The notes under the pieces: model-generated
The model's input: the letters and a program-made list of their open reading frames with translations, nothing else
The model's database searches: none
Told to the model about the DNA's origin: nothing
Shown: in pieces, positions 17,644 through 22,831 of the stretch
How positions within the stretch are numbered: the stretch's first letter is position 1
Layout: every line of letters starts with the position of its first letter
NCBI GenBank assembly: GCA_029269845.2
Contig: CP149973.1
Span: 1,410,001-1,442,000 of the forward strand
DNA from: Opitutia bacterium KCR 482
GTDB lineage: Bacteria > Verrucomicrobiota > Verrucomicrobiia > Opitutales > Intestinicryptomonadaceae
DNA length: 32,000 bases
Direction: 5' to 3'
Program-made: the position numbers and the translations under genes

Positions 17644-18545
17644 TATTTGTTCCGGATTTTTTTGAATTTATACGAAATTATCCTGAGTCCGCGCGGCGCG
17701 TATTTGAGTGGCGCGTAGAAAACGTACGCGAGGAAGAGAATCGCAAAACTGTACTCGCGCAGAATTACGATGAGCATCACGGCGATTACGAACGCCACGA
17801 ACGAGCGGAAGCGCATGCTCGCCGTCCAGTTGACGTGCTTGAACGACGGATACGGAATGTTGCTTACCATGAACCACGCAATCAAAAGCATGAGCGGAAT
17901 GAGCAGAATCGGGATAATGCCCTCCAAGTTGAGGCTGAGCATTGTAAGGGCGATTGACGCCACCGTGCCCGCCGCCGCCGGCGCGGGAAGCCCCGAAAAA
18001 TAGTCGCCGTGCTCGTATTTTTCGTGCCCCAAAATGTAGGGGTTTGTGAGCACGTTGAAGCGCGCAAGCCTAATCGAGGCGCAGAGCAGGTAGATAAATC
18101 CTATCAGCCAGCCCGTATTTTTGAGAAAATTGGAGTAGGAATCTTTCATGCCCTCTATGGGCTGGAGCACGAGGAAGAACATCAGCAGGCAGGGCGCGAC
18201 GCCGAACGAAATGCTGTCGGCGAGCGAGTCGAACTCCTTGCCGAAGAGCGATGTTTTTCCGCTCATTCGCGCAACGCGGCCGTCGAGGGCGTCGCAGAAG
18301 CACGCCGCGAGAATGCAGAGAATGGCGAGCAGGTAGTAGCCCGTGCTGTTTGCGATTTCCGAGCTGCTCGGCGTGATGAGCGCGGCTATTTGCGTCAGCG
18401 ACTCGCGGGCGGAGTCCGAATTGAACTTGCCCTGTATGCACAGGACAATCGACAGAAAGCCGAAGAACAGGTTGCCTGCGGTGAACGCGTTGGGAAGAAT
18501 GTAGATTTTGCTTTCCTGATGTACGTTTTTTTGTTCGTTTTTCAT
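17643..18545 (-). CDS. pssA: CDP-diacylglycerol--serine O-phosphatidyltransferase
   Basis: DALDGRVARMSGKTSLFGKEFDSLAD fits the CDP-alcohol phosphatidyltransferase motif D-G-x2-A-R-x8-G-x3-D-x3-D exactly. Multi-TM protein. Its stop overlaps the GH43-like ATG by 1 nt (TAATG). Confidence 0.88.
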   Translation of the reverse strand: MKNEQKNVHQESKIYILPNAFTAGNLFFGFLSIVLCIQGKFNSDSARESLTQIAALITPSSSEIANSTGYYLLAILCILAACFCDALDGRVARMSGKTSLFGKEFDSLADSISFGVAPCLLMFFLVLQPIEGMKDSYSNFLKNTGWLIGFIYLLCASIRLARFNVLTNPYILGHEKYEHGDYFSGLPAPAAAGTVASIALTMLSLNLEGIIPILLIPLMLLIAWFMVSNIPYPSFKHVNWTASMRFRSFVAFVIAVMLIVILREYSFAILFLAYVFYAPLKYAPRGLRIISYKFKKIRNK

Positions 18546-18898
18546 TTTTTCAGGGATTCGAGATAACGCCAGAAATTGTCCTCCTGCTCGAACATGGTCT
18601 CCTCCTTGAAGGGGAGCTTGAATCGGAACACGAAGTCGGCGAGAGTATGTTGGTGGAGAATATAGTGGGCGTGGAGCGTCTGCGTTTCCTCGATTACCTC
18701 GAAGTAAATGCGGTAGTCTCCGGTTCTGAGCCTGTAAAAGACTTTCGAGCCGCGGCGGATTTTCCCGATTTCGGGCAGCCCGCTTTCGAGCTGTTCGGCG
18801 GTCAACGCCCCGAAAGATTCGATAATCTCCAACTGGGTGAGCTTGTCGAGCTTGTTAAGCTCCGACATGCTTTGGTTGCTGAACGTCACTTGGTACAT
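18542..18898 (-). CDS. RelE/ParE-superfamily toxin-like protein with a C-terminal extension; no adjacent antitoxin gene
   Basis: From ATG 18898 the sequence is MYQVTFSNQSMSELNKLDKLTQLEIIESF...GKIRRGSKVFYRLRTGDYRIYFEVIEETQTLHAHYILHQH. This follows the typical RelE/ParE layout (MYxIxF..A.KDLKKLDK....I ... YRLRVGDYRIIY.I.....I.I..I.HR). About 30 extra C-terminal residues follow. There is a 4-nt ATGA overlap with the pssA start. 118 aa. Confidence 0.7.
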   Translation of the reverse strand: MYQVTFSNQSMSELNKLDKLTQLEIIESFGALTAEQLESGLPEIGKIRRGSKVFYRLRTGDYRIYFEVIEETQTLHAHYILHQHTLADFVFRFKLPFKEETMFEQEDNFWRYLESLKK

Positions 18899-18939
18899 AA
18901 TTTTAATTGCTATATCGTACGCTAAACGCCGCCCCGCGA

Positions 18940-19004
18940 TTTTCAAACAAATTTTGAAGCGCGGTTTTTGCGGTCGGCGCAAAAAAATCCCCCGTTTTTT
19001 GAAA
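18940..19004. promoter_or_regulatory. Nested inverted repeats in the divergent intergenic region (possible operator)
   Basis: Inner palindrome TTTTTGCG-gtcgg-CGCAAAAA (18965-18985). It is flanked by TTTCAAA (18941-18947) and TTTGAAA (18998-19004). It lies between the divergent starts at 18898 (-) and 19049 (+). Confidence 0.4.
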
Positions 19005-19048
19005 CATTTGCCGGCGTCGGGCGTTTGCATCTGGCGAAAGGATACGAA

Positions 19049-19690
19049 ATGCGAAAACTTTTAAGCTCAACCCTGACCCTCCTGCTTCTCGCGGCCGCCG
19101 CGTATGCCGACGACGCGCAAAACGCGGCAAAGGGCGGCGACGACGAAATCAGAAGCGCGTTCTCAAAGCTCGACGTCGAGACCAGAATCAGGCTGATGAA
19201 AAAATTCGACAAAGACGGCGACGGACGCCTCAGCCCCGAAGAGCGCAAAGAGGCGATGGAGGCGATGAAAGGCAAAGCCGCCGATTTGGAGTCGCTTAGG
19301 CAAAAGCACGTCGAGGACGTCATGAACCGCTTCGACAAAGACGGCGACGGAAAGCTCGACAAGTCCGAGCTTGCGGGCTTCCTCGAAGAACAGCGCAAGA
19401 TGTTCGACGAACAGCGGCGCAGAATGGGCCCGCCGCGCAAATTCCAGCCCCCGAAGGAAATCCTCGCCAAGTACGACAAAAACGGCGACGGGAAAATCGA
19501 CGCCGAGGAGCGCCGCGCCATGTTCAAGGACGCCCGCGAACGCCGCGAAAAGCTCGTCAAAAAATACGACAAAAACGGCGACGGCATTTTGGACGACTCC
19601 GAACGCGAGGCGTTAATCAAAGACCCCGAAGTGCAGAACATGATGAAGCGCATGCTTTCGCGCCCGCTTCCGCCGCCTCCGAGGGATTAG
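19049..19690 (+). CDS. Secreted EF-hand calcium-binding protein (4 canonical loops)
   Basis: ATG at 19049 is preceded by AAAGGA. Signal peptide MRKLLSSTLTLLLLAAAAYADD. Four DxDxDG loops: DKDGDGRLSPEE, DKDGDGKLDKSE, DKNGDGKIDAEE, DKNGDGILDDSE. Pro-rich C-terminus PLPPPPRD. 213 aa. Confidence 0.85.
   Translation: MRKLLSSTLTLLLLAAAAYADDAQNAAKGGDDEIRSAFSKLDVETRIRLMKKFDKDGDGRLSPEERKEAMEAMKGKAADLESLRQKHVEDVMNRFDKDGDGKLDKSELAGFLEEQRKMFDEQRRRMGPPRKFQPPKEILAKYDKNGDGKIDAEERRAMFKDARERREKLVKKYDKNGDGILDDSEREALIKDPEVQNMMKRMLSRPLPPPPRD
19205..19584 (+). repeat. Intragenic direct repeats encoding the EF-hand loops
   Basis: The exact 21-mer TTCGACAAAGACGGCGACGGA occurs at 19205 and 19331. The exact 20-mer TACGACAAAAACGGCGACGG occurs at 19472 and 19565. 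Both are explained by the repeated EF-hand loops. Confidence 0.85.
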
Positions 19691-19752
19691 CATTTTTCAT
19701 AAGGTTGTATTGTCGGCGCGGCTTTGCGCCTGCGCCGAACGGATTGTTCCCA

Positions 19753-19788
19753 ATGCCCCGCAAAACCCGCGGGGCATTTTCTTTGCAA
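19753..19788 (+). terminator. Rho-independent terminator after the EF-hand gene
   Basis: 9-bp stem ATGCCCCGC-aaaaccc-GCGGGGCAT followed by TTTCTTTG. Confidence 0.8.
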
Positions 19789-19982
19789 AGGGCGTTGCGG
19801 AAACGAGGAGCGGGGCGGTCGAGTCGCTTGGACAGTCGGACGGACGGGGCGGGCGGTCGGGTTTGCAGACGGACGAGCAGTTGCTTGGCGTTGGCGGTCG
19901 GCTTCGGAATCGGCGTTTTCGGGCTTTTTCTGTTTCCCGATTTTCGCATTTCGCCGCGTGCGCGAAAATTCCGCGCGGGTAT

Positions 19983-20021
19983 TTCCGAAAACGGAAAGAC
20001 GCCCCGATAAATCGGGGCGTC
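19983..20021 (-). terminator. Probable rho-independent terminator for the BI-1 gene (about 130 nt past its stop)
   Basis: 10-bp stem GACGCCCCGA-taaa-TCGGGGCGTC (19998-20021). On the - strand it is followed by TTTCCGTTTTCGG. Confidence 0.6.
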
Positions 20022-20149
20022 CTCCATATATGACTACTATCACTTTACTATCGGCGGAAAGTCCGCCGCGGGAAAATTTATTCCTCTCAGTGTTGTCGTA
20101 TTTTGTTATCGAAATTTTCGAAGCCGCGTTAAGCGCGTTTCGGCAAATT

Positions 20150-20854
20150 CTATCTGCGGTTGTTGAGCAGTATCTGCAAAATGTACCAGAACAGCATCGC
20201 GATTGACGCAAAAAGCCCCAGCGCCGCCGCTACGTACTGGTCGTTGTGGTATTGGTGGATAATCGCGCTCGTCTGGTAGAGCAGGGCGATTGCCGCAAAA
20301 ACCGCCATCGCGACCGAGAACCACAACCCAAGCTGGAAGCCGAAAATCAGCGCGCACACGATTATTCCCAGCGCCACGAAAAAGCCCATCGTCAAAAACG
20401 AGCCGAGGAACGAGAAGTTTTTGCCCGAAATGAACGCGTACGCCGTTATGCCGCCCGAAAGCGAAAGCGTGAGAATCGCCGCCTGCCCGATTGTGTCGGG
20501 CGCGATTGCCTCCGCCAAAATCAGCAGCGGCAGGAATACGACGGATTCTGCCAGAACGTACAGGTACAGCCCCGCGTACTGCTTGCCGACCGACGCCGGC
20601 TGAACCGCCCAGCTGCTCGCAAGCCACGAAATCCCCATGAATACAAGCAGCACCACAAGCCAGTTGCGCCCCGAAACCATCGTCTGCGCAAGCTCTACTG
20701 CGGGCTGCCAGTGCAGCAGGAACGCCTCGCACGCAGCGAACGCCACGAGCGCGAACGCCAAGTTGACGTATGTCTTTTTCATGAACACCGAGCGCGCGTA
20801 GGACGCCTCTGCGTTCCGTTCGAACGGGGTTTCGAATGTGTCTCTGTTTTCCAT
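20150..20854 (-). CDS. Bax inhibitor-1/YccA family membrane protein
   Basis: 234 aa with about 7 hydrophobic segments. N-terminal SVFMKKTYVNLAFALVAFA and C-terminal AAALGLFASIAMLFWYILQILL resemble the YccA/BI-1 family layout. Confidence 0.8.
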   Translation of the reverse strand: MENRDTFETPFERNAEASYARSVFMKKTYVNLAFALVAFAACEAFLLHWQPAVELAQTMVSGRNWLVVLLVFMGISWLASSWAVQPASVGKQYAGLYLYVLAESVVFLPLLILAEAIAPDTIGQAAILTLSLSGGITAYAFISGKNFSFLGSFLTMGFFVALGIIVCALIFGFQLGLWFSVAMAVFAAIALLYQTSAIIHQYHNDQYVAAALGLFASIAMLFWYILQILLNNRR

Positions 20855-20895
20855 GTTTTGTATGTCGAAAAATTCTTGTGGATTTAAATCGAATG

Positions 20896-20901
20896 TATAA
20901 T
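20896..20901 (+). promoter_or_regulatory. Possible -10 box (TATAAT) for rph
   Basis: A perfect TATAAT preceded by TG lies in the AT-rich divergent spacer. There is only a poor -35 (TTCTTG) 17 nt upstream. It would give a very short leader before the ATG at 20914. No experimental support. Confidence 0.3.
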
Positions 20902-20913
20902 AACGTAATTTTA

Positions 20914-21669
20914 ATGGAAAATGAAAGTCTAAAATCGGCTGAATTGCGCGCCGACGGCAGAACCGCCGAGCAGACGCGCGAAATCAAATTCGAAACGGGC
21001 ATTGCCGCCAACGCGACGGGTTCGGTTCTCGTGTCGTTCGGGAACACGCGGGTAATCTGCGCGGCGACTGTCGAAAAGCGCGTGCCGTCGTGGCTGAATT
21101 CGGCGGTTCCGCCCAAGGGCTGGATTAGCGCGGAATACGCAATGCTTCCGTACTCCACGCTTTCGCGCAAGCCGCGGGCGTCGTCGGCGAACAAGGTGGA
21201 CGGCAGGTCGGTCGAAATCCAGAGGCTCATCGGGCGCTCGATTCGCGCGGTTGCCGACCTCGAAAAAATCCCGAACACGACGATTTGGCTCGACTGCGAC
21301 GTGCTCCAGGCCGATGGCGGAACGCGCACGGCGTCTATTAGCGGCGCGTATGTGGCGGCGAAAATCGCGGTCAAAAAGCTAATAGCCGCGGGCGAGCTTG
21401 AAGCCGACCCCTTTACCGACTCCGTCGCCGCCGTGAGCGTGGGCGTCTGCGGCGGCAAGCCCGTGCTCGACCTGCCCTACGAAGAGGACAGTGTCGCCGA
21501 GGTCGATTCGAACATCGTGATGACGGGTTCGGGCAAATTCGTCGAAATTCAGGCGAGCGGCGAAGAGGCTACTTTCGACGCCGACGAGCTTGCCCGCCTT
21601 ATCTCCCTCGCGAAAATCGGCATAGAGAAAATCTCCAAACTTCAAAACGATGCAATAGAAAATGGATAG
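20914..21669 (+). CDS. rph: Ribonuclease PH
   Basis: RADGRTAEQTREIKF, GSVLVSFGNTRVICAATVE, GWISAEYAMLPYST, DGRSVEIQRLIGRSIRAV and LDCDVLQADGGTRTASISGAYVA closely parallel E. coli RNase PH. ATG at 20914 is chosen because the upstream ATG 20893 would sit inside the putative promoter. Confidence 0.9.
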   Translation: MENESLKSAELRADGRTAEQTREIKFETGIAANATGSVLVSFGNTRVICAATVEKRVPSWLNSAVPPKGWISAEYAMLPYSTLSRKPRASSANKVDGRSVEIQRLIGRSIRAVADLEKIPNTTIWLDCDVLQADGGTRTASISGAYVAAKIAVKKLIAAGELEADPFTDSVAAVSVGVCGGKPVLDLPYEEDSVAEVDSNIVMTGSGKFVEIQASGEEATFDADELARLISLAKIGIEKISKLQNDAIENG

Positions 21670-21979
21670 AAAATCGAAAGCATTGGATAAATTCCGCAAA
21701 CCGTATTCGTGCGCCCAGACCGTGTACGCCGCGTACGCCTCCGACTCTCCCGACGACCTCGCCGAAATGGCGGCAAACAGCGGCGGGCGCGCTCCCGACA
21801 ACATGTGCGGGGCATTGTACGCCGCGCTGAAAATCCTGCCCGAAGGGCGGCGCGAAGCCGCAAAGGCGAAATTTGCCAAGCTCGCAGGCTCTACAAAATG
21901 CCGCGAAATCAAAACGCAGTTCGGCACTCCCTGCCCAAAGTGCGTTGAAATCGCCGCCGATATTCTCGAAAACCAGTAG
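21662..21979 (+). CDS. C_GCAxxG_C_C family putative redox-active protein (short form)
   Basis: Conserved Cys pattern YSCAQTV, then MCGALYAA, then KCREIK, then CPKCVEIAADIL. The start overlaps the rph stop by 8 nt (ATGGATAG). 105 aa. Confidence 0.7.
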   Translation: MDRKSKALDKFRKPYSCAQTVYAAYASDSPDDLAEMAANSGGRAPDNMCGALYAALKILPEGRREAAKAKFAKLAGSTKCREIKTQFGTPCPKCVEIAADILENQ

Positions 21980-22092
21980 AGGACGCCTGTTTGCGCCCAA
22001 AATGGGAACACGCGAAACTTCCGCCGTTCCCGTTTTTTGTTCCCGCGACTTTTTTTTAGCGGGTTGCTTGTTTTGCGCGGCTGGTTTCTAAT

Positions 22093-22752
22093 TTACAGCG
22101 CGTTTTCGCGAACCCATTGCGCGAAATCCGCAACAGATTCAAACACCTTGCTTGTGGGCGACTTCCGCAGGGCGTTAACGTCGGCGTGTTTCGACCACGC
22201 GGCGGAAAGCGGTATGACGCCAGCTTTCAACGAGTTTAGCACGTCGCTTACAATGTCGCCCACATAGTAGACTTTGCCGAGCGTTTCGGCGGCGTTCCAG
22301 CGCTCCAAAACGTTGCGGATTTTTTCGGGTTTGACAACGCCGCTCTCGCTTCCGCATTCCAGCGCGGAAAAATAGTCCGTTATGCCGTATACGGCAAGCG
22401 ATATTAAAAGAGACTTGCGGCATTTGCCCGTAACAATCGCCATGGGGACGGAGTTTTTGTAAAGCGTTTCAAGCACGTCTTTTATGCCGTCAAACGGCGC
22501 GGGCGAATACTGCTTTGCAAGCTCCGCATAGTGCGCCAAATAGCGTTCGAAGAATTTTTCGCCGTCGGCGGGGCGCAACACTTTGAACAGTCCCAACTCG
22601 TTCGGGCCGAAATGCGAAACAATCTCGTCGCGCGAGGGTGCTGAAAGCCCGAAATCGCGGTATGCCGCGCAAATTGCGGCAATTACAAGTTCCTCCGTCT
22701 CGCCGAGAGTCCCGTCGAAGTCGAATATAAAAGCGTTTTTCATTGTCGCCAT
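22093..22752 (-). CDS. HAD-IA family hydrolase (phosphoglycolate phosphatase/PpaX-like)
   Basis: Motif I FIFDFDGTL, motif II AIVTGK, motifs III/IV KPEK and YYVGDIVSDV. 219 aa. Confidence 0.82.
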   Translation of the reverse strand: MATMKNAFIFDFDGTLGETEELVIAAICAAYRDFGLSAPSRDEIVSHFGPNELGLFKVLRPADGEKFFERYLAHYAELAKQYSPAPFDGIKDVLETLYKNSVPMAIVTGKCRKSLLISLAVYGITDYFSALECGSESGVVKPEKIRNVLERWNAAETLGKVYYVGDIVSDVLNSLKAGVIPLSAAWSKHADVNALRKSPTSKVFESVADFAQWVRENAL

Positions 22753-22831
22753 ATTGCAGTTTGGGGCGCGGTTTTAAAGAAAAAAGTGTTTACCGAGCGC
22801 AGTTTGCGCGGCGAATCCCGTTTTGGGAGCA

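Noticed and set aside
18899-19030. 44-aa N-terminal extension of the RelE-like ORF (MQTPDAGKCFKKRGIFLRRPQKPRF...), considered as a possible fused antitoxin
   Set aside because: The sequence is basic junk-like and overlaps the palindromic promoter region and the divergent gene's upstream region. RelE/ParE proteins typically start at the MYxIxF strand, which is exactly where ATG 18898 lies.
19811-19862. Possible G-quadruplex from runs GGGG...GGGG-C-GGG-CGGTC-GGG
   Set aside because: Only three closely spaced G-runs are present, and the fourth is more than 25 nt away. G-runs of this kind are common by chance in about 65% GC sequence.
20053-20067. GGCGGAAAGTCCGCC, which resembles the conserved GGAAAGUCC core of RNase P RNA
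   Set aside because: It is only a short local hairpin. None of the other conserved RNase P regions, nor the 350-400-nt structured context, is present in the flanking sequence.
20106-21458. 450-aa ORF on the - strand spanning the BI-1 and rph loci; it is the longest unexplained ORF in the track
   Set aside because: It runs antisense to, or out of frame with, two motif-supported genes. The translation is Arg/Ala/Gly/Pro-rich low-complexity sequence, typical of shadow ORFs in GC-rich DNA. It contains no recognisable motif.
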